From NCBI GenBank assembly GCA_964630235.1, contig CAZVUO010000001.1, forward strand, positions 917,446-981,445: a DNA stretch of 64,000 nt, given 5' to 3'. The translations under genes and the position numbers were made by a program. This stretch comes from an uncultured bacterium. GTDB lineage: Bacteria; Oederibacteriota; JAAXVQ01; JAUVAV01. Shown here one piece after another: positions 1 to 9,174 of this stretch. A model generated the notes under the pieces. That model saw only the letters and a list, made by a program, of their open reading frames with translations, made no database searches and was not told where the DNA came from. Position 1 is the stretch's first letter; every line of letters begins with the position of its first letter.

Positions 1-977
1 TGGCCAAACCCCAGATCATGCAGGTGGAAGCGAGCTCCCCGGCCCAGGCAGCCGGCCTGGGGGCTGGCGATATCCTGCTGGCGTTGAATGGTGAAGCGGT
101 GGACAACTGGGAAACCTTCTCTGACCGCCTCAACGCCCTGAGCCAGGAGGGTCGGCCCGTGCGGCTGACCGTCCTGCGGCAGGGGCAGGAGAGCGTGCAG
201 GAGGTTGCGCCCATGCGGGACGAGAAGACCGGCCGTTTTCGGCTGGGCGTGACCATTGGCGCGGCCGGTTCCAACGTGATCGAACGGGTGTACGTGGGCA
301 CGCCCGCGGAGATGGCGGGCCTGAAGGAAAAAGACCGCGTGCTGGCCGTGGAAGGGCAGACGGTGTGGAGCAAGTACGATTTCCAGCAGGCGGTGTGGCC
401 GCGCGCCGGCCAGCCCACGCGGTTCACCGTGCAGCGGGGCGAGGAGCGGCTGGACATCACCTGCACGCCCATCGCGCAGCAGCTGCCCGGCGAGGGCAAG
501 GTCGGGGTCATTGGCGTGAATTTCGTGCTCTCGGACCGGACCCAGATCCTGCGCTATCCCTTCTTCCAGGCGTTCGGGCTGGGCGCGGCGCAGACCGTGG
601 GCATCACCCGCCTGATCCTTACGTCCATCTGGCAGATGCTGACCGGCCAGATCTCGGCGCGCGATTCCCTGGGCGGGCCGATCAGCATTATGCGCATGGC
701 GGGCCAGGAAGCCCGCACCGGGGTGAAGGATTTCTTTTTCTTTCTGGCCAGCATCTCCATCATGCTGGGGATCATCAACCTGCTGCCCATCCCCGTGATG
801 GACGGCGGCAATTCCTTGTTCTTCCTGATCGAGGGCATCCGGCGCAAGCCGCTCTCCCTGCGCGCGCAGGAAGTGTCTCAGCAGGTCGGCCTGGCTTTGC
901 TGGTGGCGCTGATGGTGTACGCCACCTACAATGACATCTACAAACTGGTGGCCCCGGCCCTGGGCGGCACGCCTTGA
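1..977 (+). CDS. rseP: Site-2 protease RseP (zinc metalloprotease, M50 family), C-terminal part; 5' end lies outside the window
   Basis: Reading frame is open from nt 3. PDZ-like segment, then GGPISIMRMAG...LLPIPVMDGG, which is the typical M50/RseP C-terminus. Lies directly upstream of ispG as in many bacteria. Confidence 0.8.
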   Translation, partial: AKPQIMQVEASSPAQAAGLGAGDILLALNGEAVDNWETFSDRLNALSQEGRPVRLTVLRQGQESVQEVAPMRDEKTGRFRLGVTIGAAGSNVIERVYVGTPAEMAGLKEKDRVLAVEGQTVWSKYDFQQAVWPRAGQPTRFTVQRGEERLDITCTPIAQQLPGEGKVGVIGVNFVLSDRTQILRYPFFQAFGLGAAQTVGITRLILTSIWQMLTGQISARDSLGGPISIMRMAGQEARTGVKDFFFFLASISIMLGIINLLPIPVMDGGNSLFFLIEGIRRKPLSLRAQEVSQQVGLALLVALMVYATYNDIYKLVAPALGGTP

Positions 978-2047
978 AACGCGCCCACCGGCTCACAACC
1001 CGGCTGGTACGGGTGGGGAACCGCGCCCTGGGGCACGGACAGCCCGTGCTCGTGCAGTCCATGACCAACACCCCCACCGAGGACACGGGCCGCACCCTGG
1101 CGCAGATCCGGCGCCTGGCTGGCGCGGGCTGCGAGCTGGTGCGCGTGGCCGTGCCTTCGCAGGCCGCGGTCAAAGCCCTGCCGCGGATCGTCGCCCGCTC
1201 GCCCCTGCCCGTGATCGCGGACGTGCATTTCGATCACGCGCTCGCGCTCGGGGCCATCGCGGCGGGCGTAGCCAAGGTGCGGATCAATCCCGGCAATCTG
1301 GGCCTGGCGAAGTCCCTGCTGGTGGCCCGCGCCGCGGCACGGGCCAAAACAGCGGTGCGCATCGGCGTGAACGCCGGCTCCCTGCCCGAACGCTGGCGGC
1401 AGGCGGCCCGGACGCCCGCGGCCCTGGGCCGGCTCATGGCCCGCACCGCCACGCGCTACGCGGATGCCTTGGCAAAAACCGGCTTGCGCCACATCGTCCT
1501 ATCCGTGAAATCCTCGGACATCCAGGCTTCTCTCGCCGCTTACCGTCAGTTGGCCGCGACCGCCCGGTGGCCCCTGCACCTGGGTCTGACCGAAGCCGGG
1601 GGAGAGCTGGCCGGCGGGATCAAGACCGCGGCCGGCCTTTCGCCCTTGCTGCTGGAAGGCATCGGCGACACCCTGCGCGTGTCCCTGACCGCGGACCCGG
1701 TGGCTGAGATCCGCGTGGCCAACCTGATCCTGGCGGCCACGGGCGTGCGCCGGCGCGGGCCGGACATCATCGCCTGCCCGACCTGCGGCCGCACCTCGGG
1801 CGACCTGTTCGGGATCTTGCACAAGGTCGAGCAAGCCCTGCGGACCGAAACCCGGCCCCTGACCGTGGCGGTCATGGGCTGCGTGGTCAACGGTCCGGGC
1901 GAGGCCCGGCACGCGGACGCGGGGCTGGCCGGCGCGCCGGACGGCACCTTCATGCTCTTCGCCCAGGGCAAGCCCCTGCGCCGCGTGAGCGCGGCCCAGG
2001 CCGTGCCCGCGCTGCTCGCGGAGCTGAAAAAGATCAAAATCCCCTAA
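974..2047 (+). CDS. ispG: 4-hydroxy-3-methylbut-2-enyl diphosphate synthase IspG (GcpE)
   Basis: VQSMTNTPT motif near the N-terminus, ACPTCGRT Fe-S cysteine motif and GCVVNGPGE. TTG start overlaps the rseP stop (TTGA). Confidence 0.9.
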   Translation: MKRAHRLTTRLVRVGNRALGHGQPVLVQSMTNTPTEDTGRTLAQIRRLAGAGCELVRVAVPSQAAVKALPRIVARSPLPVIADVHFDHALALGAIAAGVAKVRINPGNLGLAKSLLVARAAARAKTAVRIGVNAGSLPERWRQAARTPAALGRLMARTATRYADALAKTGLRHIVLSVKSSDIQASLAAYRQLAATARWPLHLGLTEAGGELAGGIKTAAGLSPLLLEGIGDTLRVSLTADPVAEIRVANLILAATGVRRRGPDIIACPTCGRTSGDLFGILHKVEQALRTETRPLTVAVMGCVVNGPGEARHADAGLAGAPDGTFMLFAQGKPLRRVSAAQAVPALLAELKKIKIP

Positions 2048-2079
2048 ATCCCACCACTTCGGAAGCTGGGATTACGTTT

Positions 2080-2268
2080 TTCATTCCTCTCCCCTGGGAG
2101 GCTGTGTCATAACGTTCGTTTTTGTGTTTGTTCGTCACCCCGGTGAAAACCGGGGTCCAGAAAAAGCTGTGAAATGAACACTTCCTGGATACCGGTTTCC
2201 GCCGGTATGACGGCAAAACCGCAAGCTTTTGAATTATGACACAGCCTCTGGCGAGAGAGGAATAAGGA
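2080..2268 (+). other. Long inverted repeat enclosing R copy A
   Basis: A perfect 15-bp inverted repeat GAGGCTGTGTCATAA (2098-2112) / TTATGACACAGCCTC (2234-2248) continues imperfectly outward for about 30 bp on each side, enclosing R copy A. Confidence 0.6.
2133..2213 (+). repeat. R-family structured repeat, copy A
   Basis: CGTCACCCCGG-loop-CCGGGGTCCAG ... CCTGGATACCGG-loop-CCGGTATGACG. The two arms are mutually complementary. Confidence 0.7.
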
Positions 2269-2351
2269 GAAGGGGGACATCCTGAACCTGCCCTCTCCCC
2301 TCGCCCCTCCCACCACAATACCCGGGGAGGGGGAACCATCAGGAGCGATCT

Positions 2352-3317
2352 GTGAAATTTACCTTCGTCATTGGTCATGCATTGTTGCTCGGCCTTTCCC
2401 TTGTTACCGGCTGCGGCCGCCCGGGCCGCCTGGAGACCAACGCCGATCCCACCAGCCTGGTCCTGGACGCGGGTTCGCGCACGCTCTTCGTGGCTTGCGA
2501 GGGCAGCCGGACCGTCGAGGCCTGGGACGTGTCACGGCGCACCAAGACCGCCGAGGCCGAGGCCGGCCGGGGACCCCTGCGTCTGGTCCTGGACCAGACC
2601 GGCAGCCAGCTTTACGTCCTGTGCGGCGGCGACCGCCTGGTGCTGGCCCTGCGCGTGCCGGATCTGAAGCCCCTCAAGCGGCTGCGCCTGTCCGACGCGC
2701 CCTCCGCGCTGTGGGAAGATGTTGCCGCAGGCGCGATGTGGGTGGCCTGCGCGGATTCGAACTTCCTGCGCCCCTATGCCGGGAGCAACCCCCTGCCGGC
2801 CATCGAGACCGGTCAGGAACCCGTGGACCTGGCGCGCGCCGGGGACAAGGACCTGCTGTGGGTGGCCAACCGCCAGGGTGGGGATGTGGCCGTGGTCAAG
2901 CTCAGCGAAGGCCAAGTGGTCAAGCACGTCGGGGTGTGGCCCAACCCGGTGCGCTTGCTGCTGCCGTCCGAGAGCAACCGTCTGCTCGTGCTGTGCCAGG
3001 GCCAGGACGCCCAGCCGCCGCAAAGCCGGGTGCAGATCGTGGACACGCTGTACCAGTCCGTCGGCCTGTCCTGGCCCGCGGGCGTGGATGCCCGCGATTT
3101 CGCTCTCAGCCCGGACGAACAGCGGCTGTACGTGCTCACGGCCGAGCGCTTGCTGGTGCTGTCGAGCGATATCGGCGTCCAGCTGGCCAGCCTTAAAGTG
3201 GGCAAGGAACCCCGGGCCCTGGCCCTCTCCTCGGACGAATCCACAGCTTTCATTTCCTGTCAAGACCAGCATGAGATATTGCTGGTCAAGCTCACCCCGG
3301 GCAAGTGGCTTCGGTAA
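2352..3317 (+). CDS. Lipoprotein with YVTN/YncE-like beta-propeller repeats
   Basis: Signal peptide plus lipobox (LSLVTGC). Repeated LYVL / LWVAN / LLVLCQG / LYVLTAE blades. Confidence 0.6.
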   Translation: MKFTFVIGHALLLGLSLVTGCGRPGRLETNADPTSLVLDAGSRTLFVACEGSRTVEAWDVSRRTKTAEAEAGRGPLRLVLDQTGSQLYVLCGGDRLVLALRVPDLKPLKRLRLSDAPSALWEDVAAGAMWVACADSNFLRPYAGSNPLPAIETGQEPVDLARAGDKDLLWVANRQGGDVAVVKLSEGQVVKHVGVWPNPVRLLLPSESNRLLVLCQGQDAQPPQSRVQIVDTLYQSVGLSWPAGVDARDFALSPDEQRLYVLTAERLLVLSSDIGVQLASLKVGKEPRALALSSDESTAFISCQDQHEILLVKLTPGKWLR

Positions 3318-3346
3318 ACGACGAGCAACCGTTCGTTTTCTATTAC

Positions 3347-3464
3347 CGTCACCCCGGCGTGGTTCTAGCCGGGGTCCAGGATCGAACGCCCCCTTGCGCC
3401 CCCTCTTTACCAAAGAGGGGGCGGGGGGAGTTGGATTCCGGCTCAATACATGCCGGAATGACGA
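3347..3464 (+). repeat. R-family structured repeat, copy B (with an internal CCCCCTCTTTaccAAAGAGGGGG hairpin module)
   Basis: Same arms as copy A. The internal module is shared with copy D. Confidence 0.7.
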
Positions 3465-3486
3465 ACCACGAAAGAGCCCTATTAAC

Positions 3487-4692
3487 TTGAAGAAGCTCAA
3501 GATCAAATGCCGTCCCGAGGATTTCGTGGTCGAGGAACTGGCGGACCTGCCGCTGTCCCAGCGCGGACGGTTCGCGGTCTACTGGCTGAGCAAACGCGGC
3601 TGGAACACGGTGGACGCCCTGCGGCGCATCGCCAAGACCTGCGGCGTGCCGTTCGAGCGTTTCGCGTACGGCGGCAAGAAGGACCGGCACGGCCTGACCG
3701 GCCAGTGGGTGACCGTGGAAGACGCCCGGCCGTGCCGCGTGGAGGGGCAGCCCTACCAGTTCGCGTTCCGCGGCTATTCGGACCAGCCCATGGGACCCCA
3801 GCGGATCCAGGCTAACCGCTTCGCGATCACGGTGCGGCACCTGACCAGCGGCGATATCCGGCGCGGCCTGGCCGAACTGGAGGCGGTCCGCGCCCACGGC
3901 TTCGTCAATTATTTCGACGATCAGCGCTTTGGCGGCTGGGACCGCGACCTGGGATTCCCGGCCGAGCGCCTGCTGCGGAACGAGTTTTCCGAGGCCCTGC
4001 AGATCTTCACGGCCGGCTGGTACCCCGAGGATACGAAGACCGCCAAGGAGCGCAAGCGAGGCCTGCGGGCCGCGTGGGGCGACTGGGCCGCGTGCCTGAA
4101 GCTGGCGCAGACCCGCTGGGAGCAGGAAACCTTCGGTTATTTGGCGCGCCGTCCGGACGACCTGCTGGCTGTGCTCCGGCGTCTGTCCCGGGAAACCGCC
4201 TCGCTCGCGGTGAGCGCCTTCCAGTCCTTTTTATGGAACGAGCTGGCCCGCCGTTTGCTGCTGGAAGCGGGCTGGGCCGAGCGCCGCTATACGGGCAAGG
4301 TGGGGGACTATGTTTTCTACGGCGCGCTGCCAGCCGAGACCAGCGCCAGCCTGCTGACCTTGGACGTGCCGCTCGCTGACAGTCAGGCGCGCATGCCAGG
4401 CGGGCAGCTCAGCCGCCTGTACGCGGACCTGCTGCGTGAGCGCGGGCTCGAACCCGGGGCCTTCGGCCGCTTTCCCCTCTCCCAGGCGTTCTTCGGCTCC
4501 GCGCCGAGGCCTCTGGCCGTCAGGCCGGAGGAGGTCTCCGCGGAAACGATCCCGGACGAGCTCTATCCCCGGCACAAAGCCCTGCGACTTGGATTCACCC
4601 TGGGACGCGGCAGTTACGCCACCATGCTCATCAAAAGGTTGTTCGCCGCGCCGATCCGCCAGCCTGGAACTCCCATTCAATCCCTCCGCTAA
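3487..4692 (+). CDS. truD: tRNA pseudouridine(13) synthase TruD
   Basis: PEDFVVEE near the N-terminus and FVNYFDDQRFG catalytic motif. The ORF-track frame 2719-4692 has a spurious N-terminal extension overlapping the lipoprotein gene. TTG at 3487 sits just before the conserved N-terminus, with an AAAGAG Shine-Dalgarno-like sequence 10 nt upstream. Confidence 0.8.
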   Translation: MKKLKIKCRPEDFVVEELADLPLSQRGRFAVYWLSKRGWNTVDALRRIAKTCGVPFERFAYGGKKDRHGLTGQWVTVEDARPCRVEGQPYQFAFRGYSDQPMGPQRIQANRFAITVRHLTSGDIRRGLAELEAVRAHGFVNYFDDQRFGGWDRDLGFPAERLLRNEFSEALQIFTAGWYPEDTKTAKERKRGLRAAWGDWAACLKLAQTRWEQETFGYLARRPDDLLAVLRRLSRETASLAVSAFQSFLWNELARRLLLEAGWAERRYTGKVGDYVFYGALPAETSASLLTLDVPLADSQARMPGGQLSRLYADLLRERGLEPGAFGRFPLSQAFFGSAPRPLAVRPEEVSAETIPDELYPRHKALRLGFTLGRGSYATMLIKRLFAAPIRQPGTPIQSLR

Positions 4693-4826
4693 GGGTGGGT
4701 ATCTGCCGGGAGACGGCCTCACCAGCCGCTCCGCTTTAAAAGTTATCGTTCGGATCCGGAGTGCCTCTCCGGATCCGAACGTAAGATATCGGAGGCCTTG
4801 AGGCGGCGACCGGCAGATACCCAACC
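4693..4826 (+). other. Nested palindromic element of about 134 nt downstream of truD
   Basis: Outer 13-bp stem GGGTATCTGCCGG / CCGGCAGATACCC. Inner perfect 14-bp stem GTTCGGATCCGGAG / CTCCGGATCCGAAC. Confidence 0.6.
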
Positions 4827-4934
4827 TCTTCTTCTCCCTACCCCTTGCCCAAGCCGGAGGTTTATGAGAAAATTGCCGGGTTTAAGATAACCTCGCGGCA
4901 CGATACGAGTGGTTGGTGGCGGAATAATAATTGT

Positions 4935-5041
4935 TCGTCACCCCGGCATGAATCCAGCCGGGGTCCACAAGCTGGTCTTGGGTAAAAGTGAAACACAGAA
5001 TTCAATTCCTGGATACCGGCGAAGACCATGCCGGTGTGACG
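4935..5041 (+). repeat. R-family structured repeat, copy C
   Basis: CGTCACCCCGGC...GCCGGGGTCCA...CCTGGATACCGGC...GCCGGTGTGACG. Confidence 0.7.
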
Positions 5042-5088
5042 GAAAAAGAAATACCGTGGATAAACCTGAAACGAGGAATCACAACCTT

Positions 5089-6819
5089 ATGCGTTGGAGC
5101 CAGACCCTGATTGACACCCTGAAGGAAGTGCCGGCCGAGGCCGAGGTGAAGAGCCACCAGCTCATGCTGCGGGCCGGATTCATCAAGAAGCTGGCCGCCG
5201 GGCTCTACTCCTACCTGCCGCTCGGCTGGCGGACCATCCGCAAGATCGAGCAGATCGTGCGCGAGGAGATGGACGCGGCCGGCGCGGTCGAAGTGATGCT
5301 GCCCATCCTCTCGCCCGCGGAGCTGTGGCAGGAGACCGGCCGCTGGTCCCAGTACGGCGCGGAACTGTTCCGCGTGCAGGACCGGCATGAGCGCCAGTTC
5401 GCGCTCGGCCCCACGCACGAGGAAGTGATCACGGACCTGGTCCGCCGGACCGTGAAGTCCTACCGCCAGCTGCCCCTCAACTGCTACCAGATCCATACCA
5501 AGTTCCGGGACGAGATCCGCCCGCGCTTCGGCGTGATGCGGGCGCGGGAGTTCCTCATGAAGGACGCCTATTCCTTCGATCGCGACGAGGCCGGGGCCGA
5601 GGCGGCGTACGCGAAGATGTACGAGACCTACCACCGCATCTTCCGGCGCTGCGGTCTGCGCTTCAAGGCCGTGGAGGCCGATCCCGGAGCGATCGGCGGC
5701 TCCTTTTCCTCCGAGTTCATGGTGCTGGCCGAGACCGGCGAAGAGGCCATCGCGACCTGCGGACAGTGCGCCTACGCGGCCAATGTGGAGAAGGCCCAGG
5801 GCGAGCTCCCCGACCCCTCGGCCCCCGAAGCGCCGCAGGAGCGCAAGCTGGTGTCCACGCCCGGCCAGCACACCGTGGAGGAGGTCGCGGCCTTCCTGCG
5901 GGTGCCGGTGACGCGCCTGGCCAAGACCCTGCTCTACGCGGCGGACGGGAAGCTGGTCGCGGTGGTCATTCGCGGCGACCGGGATGTGAACGAGATCAAG
6001 CTGCGCAACGCGCTGGCCGCCCAAACGCTGGCGCTGGCCTCGCCGGAGCAGATCCGGCAGGCCACGGGCGCGCCCGTGGGATTCGCCGGGCCCTTCGGGC
6101 TCAACGGCGTGGCCGAGATCATCCAGGACGACTCGCTGGAGGGCGCCGCCAATCTCGTGACCGGCGGCAACCAGGCGGACACGCACGCCACGGGCGTCAC
6201 GCCCGGCCGCGACTACCAGCCCAGCCGGGTGCTCGACCTGCGCGTGGCGCGCGCGGGCGACCACTGCCCCCGGTGCGGCGGGGAACTCGGCATCGAGCGC
6301 GGCATCGAGGTCGGCCACGTGTTCAAGCTGGGGCTGAAGTACTCGCAGGCCATGCAGGCCTCGTTCCTGGACGAGGCGGGGCAGGAACGCCTGTGCGTCA
6401 TGGGCTGCTACGGCATCGGCGTGTCCCGCATCGCGGCCGCGGCCATCGAGCAGAACCACGATGAGCAGGGCATGATCTGGCCCATGCCGCTGGCCCCGGT
6501 CCAGGTGGTGCTGCTGCCCATCGCGCCCAAGGACCCGAAGGCCGGCGCCATGGCCGAGGAGGTTTACGCGGAGCTGACGGCCGCGGGCGTGGAAGCGCTG
6601 CTCGACGACCGCGACGAGCGGGCCGGGGTCAAGTTCAAGGACGCGGACCTGCTCGGCATCCCGCTTAGGCTCACCTTCGGCAAGCACGCGGCCGAGGGCC
6701 TGGTCGAGCTGAAGCGCCGGGACACCGGCGAAACGGCGCTGGTGCCCCGCGCTGAAGTTGCGGCCCGGGTCAAGACCCTGATCGCGGAACTTCTGCAGGC
6801 CGTCCGTCCCGCCGCATGA
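5089..6819 (+). CDS. proS: Proline--tRNA ligase ProS (bacterial type with editing domain)
   Basis: N-terminus MRWSQTLIDTLKE...HQLMLRAGFI, class II motifs, about 576 aa. GAGGA RBS 11 nt upstream of the ATG. Confidence 0.92.
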   Translation: MRWSQTLIDTLKEVPAEAEVKSHQLMLRAGFIKKLAAGLYSYLPLGWRTIRKIEQIVREEMDAAGAVEVMLPILSPAELWQETGRWSQYGAELFRVQDRHERQFALGPTHEEVITDLVRRTVKSYRQLPLNCYQIHTKFRDEIRPRFGVMRAREFLMKDAYSFDRDEAGAEAAYAKMYETYHRIFRRCGLRFKAVEADPGAIGGSFSSEFMVLAETGEEAIATCGQCAYAANVEKAQGELPDPSAPEAPQERKLVSTPGQHTVEEVAAFLRVPVTRLAKTLLYAADGKLVAVVIRGDRDVNEIKLRNALAAQTLALASPEQIRQATGAPVGFAGPFGLNGVAEIIQDDSLEGAANLVTGGNQADTHATGVTPGRDYQPSRVLDLRVARAGDHCPRCGGELGIERGIEVGHVFKLGLKYSQAMQASFLDEAGQERLCVMGCYGIGVSRIAAAAIEQNHDEQGMIWPMPLAPVQVVLLPIAPKDPKAGAMAEEVYAELTAAGVEALLDDRDERAGVKFKDADLLGIPLRLTFGKHAAEGLVELKRRDTGETALVPRAEVAARVKTLIAELLQAVRPAA

Positions 6820-7982
6820 ACATCGGGCTGGCGACGGACACGTACCTGCCCCGCATCAACGGCGTGGTCCAGTCCGTCGCGACCTTCGCCCGGGAGTTCC
6901 GGCGCCTGGGGCACCGCGTGGTGATCTTCGCGCCCGCGTTCCCCGGGAACGAGCAGGAGGAAACGGACGTCTGGCGCTTTCCCAGCCGGCGCCCCCGCAA
7001 CAATCCCGAAGACCGGTTGACCAATCCCCTGCATCCGAGCTCGCTGCGCCTGATGCGCCGGCTGTCCGGCCTGGAACTGGACGTGGTCCATACCCATACG
7101 CCGTTTTCCCTGGGAGGCATGCTGTTGCGCTGGGCGCGCCGGCACCGCGTGCCCACGGTGCATACCTACCATACCTATTTTGCGCGCTATGTCGAACATT
7201 ACCTGCGCCCCGTGCCGCACCGGACCGGCCAGTGGCTGGTGCGGCGCGTCTCCAGATCCTTCTGCAACCGGCACGATCTGGTGGTGACCCCCTCCCGGGC
7301 CATGGCCAGGATCCTGCGCCGCTACCAGGTTACCGTTCCGATCCGGGTCATTCCCACGGGCGTGGACCTGGAGGAGTTCAAGCGCGGCCGGCGTGCCCAG
7401 GGGCGCGCGGCCTTCAACCTGGGGCCGGACGACCAGGTCCTGCTCAGCCTGGGGCGCATCTCCGGCGAGAAGAACCTGGAACTGCTGCTGGACGCGCTCG
7501 TGCGCCTGGCGCCGGCCCATCCACGCCTGCGCCTGGTGCTGGCCGGGTCCGGGCCGGACCTGGACAGCATGCGGCAGGAGACCAGGCGGCGCGGACTGGC
7601 GGACCGCGTGGTCTTCGCGGGTTACGTGCGGGGCCAGGGCCGGCTCGACCTCTACGCCGCGGCGGACGTGTTCGTGCTGTCGTCCAAGACCGAAACCCAG
7701 GGGCTGGTGCTGAACGAAGCCATGGCCGCGGGCAAGCCCTGCGTGGCCGTGGGCGCCATGGGTGCCCGCGAAGCGCTGAAGCACGGCGGCGGCGCGCTGG
7801 TTCCGAACCAGCCCGCGGCGTTCGCCGCGGCCGTGGAGCGTCTGTTGGCCGATCCCGCCTGGTACGCGGCCAAACAGGCCGAGGCCCACGCTCAGGTCGC
7901 GCGCTATTCCGCCGCGGCCAAAGCGGAAGAACTGCTGGCCAGCTACCAGGAGCTGGCGGCGAAGAAGAGATCAAAGGCCTGA
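6816..7982 (+). CDS. GT4 glycosyltransferase, alMGS-like (putative monoglycosyl-diacylglycerol synthase)
   Basis: N-terminus MNIGLATDTYLPRINGV, typical of GT4 glycolipid synthases. ATGA overlap with the proS stop. Confidence 0.75.
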   Translation: MNIGLATDTYLPRINGVVQSVATFAREFRRLGHRVVIFAPAFPGNEQEETDVWRFPSRRPRNNPEDRLTNPLHPSSLRLMRRLSGLELDVVHTHTPFSLGGMLLRWARRHRVPTVHTYHTYFARYVEHYLRPVPHRTGQWLVRRVSRSFCNRHDLVVTPSRAMARILRRYQVTVPIRVIPTGVDLEEFKRGRRAQGRAAFNLGPDDQVLLSLGRISGEKNLELLLDALVRLAPAHPRLRLVLAGSGPDLDSMRQETRRRGLADRVVFAGYVRGQGRLDLYAAADVFVLSSKTETQGLVLNEAMAAGKPCVAVGAMGAREALKHGGGALVPNQPAAFAAAVERLLADPAWYAAKQAEAHAQVARYSAAAKAEELLASYQELAAKKRSKA

Positions 7983-8007
7983 AAAGCCAAAAGGAGCCTT
8001 GCACATC

Positions 8008-9174
8008 ATGCACATCGGAATGGTCACGGACACGTTTCTGCCGCGCATCAACGGCGTTACCAAATCCACCCTGACCTTCGCCGAGCATTTCCGGCGGCTG
8101 GGCCACCGCGTGACTATTTTCGCCCCTCAGTATCCCAAGGCCCAGGACGAGAGCGCGGACGTCTGGCGCTTTCCCTCGTACTTTCTTTTCTTCAGTCCCG
8201 AGGACCGGCTGAGCAATCCGCTGGGTCTGGCCGCGCGCCGCTTATTTAAAAAACTTCCGGCGCTCAAGCTCGATATCCTGCACACGCAAACGCCCTTTGC
8301 CCTGGGCATGGCCATGGCCCGGTGGGCGAAGCGCCGGGGGGTGCCGTCCTTGCACACCTACCATACCCTGTTTGAAGCCTACATGCCCCACTACTTCGGC
8401 CTGCTCCCCCGGTCCCTGGACAAACCCATCGTGGCCTCCTTTTCGCGCTGGTTTTGCAATCTGCACGACCAGGTGGTGGTGCCTTCGAGCGCCATCGCCG
8501 ACGTGCTCGCCGGTTACCGCCTCGCCGTGCCCGTCAAGGTCCTGCCCACGGGCACGGACCTGTCGCCCTTCCAGAACCTGGACGGCAACCGCATGCGCGA
8601 AAAGCTGGGCTTTGGCCCGGAGGACAAGCTGCTGCTTTCCATGGGCCGGGTGGCGCACGAGAAGAACATCCCGTTTTTGTTCGACGTGCTGGAGCGCCTG
8701 AAATCCGAACAGCCGCGGGCCAGGCTGGTGGTGGCCGGGCAGGGTCCGGCGCTGGAATCCGTGAAGGCCGAAAGCGAACGGCGGAAGCTGGGCGAGCGCG
8801 TGATCTTTCTCGGCCTGCTGAACCGCCGGGACTGGGCGGACCTGTACGCCGCGGCGGACCTGCACCTGCTGGCTTCGGTCACCGAAACCCAGGGCCTGGT
8901 GCTGACCGAGTCCATGGCCGCGGGCACGCCCTGCGTGGCCGTGGCCGCCATGGGCGTGCGGGACGTTATGCAGGGCGGCGGCGGATTGGCCGTATCGCTG
9001 AACGTCGAGGAGTTCAGCCAGGCGGTCAACCGTTTGCTGGGAGATAAAACGCTCTACGCGGACAAGGTCGCGGAGTGCGGCCGCCAGGCCGTCGCGTGGT
9101 CCGCGGAAACCAAGGCCAAGGAAATGCTGGACAACTACGCCCAGCTGATCGCCGCGAAAGGAAATGTCCGCTGA
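8008..9174 (+). CDS. GT4 glycosyltransferase, paralog of the upstream gene (putative second glycolipid glycosyltransferase)
   Basis: MHIGMVTDTFLPRINGV aligns with the upstream paralog. The ATG at 8008 was chosen by paralog alignment. The ORF track instead starts at TTG 7999. Confidence 0.75.
   Translation: MHIGMVTDTFLPRINGVTKSTLTFAEHFRRLGHRVTIFAPQYPKAQDESADVWRFPSYFLFFSPEDRLSNPLGLAARRLFKKLPALKLDILHTQTPFALGMAMARWAKRRGVPSLHTYHTLFEAYMPHYFGLLPRSLDKPIVASFSRWFCNLHDQVVVPSSAIADVLAGYRLAVPVKVLPTGTDLSPFQNLDGNRMREKLGFGPEDKLLLSMGRVAHEKNIPFLFDVLERLKSEQPRARLVVAGQGPALESVKAESERRKLGERVIFLGLLNRRDWADLYAAADLHLLASVTETQGLVLTESMAAGTPCVAVAAMGVRDVMQGGGGLAVSLNVEEFSQAVNRLLGDKTLYADKVAECGRQAVAWSAETKAKEMLDNYAQLIAAKGNVR

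Noticed and set aside
2719-3486. N-terminal 256-aa extension of the truD reading frame overlapping the lipoprotein gene.
   Set aside because: The extension is low-complexity and Arg/Cys/Trp-rich, as is typical of an out-of-frame GC-rich translation. The conserved TruD N-terminus (PEDFVVEE) begins right after TTG 3487.
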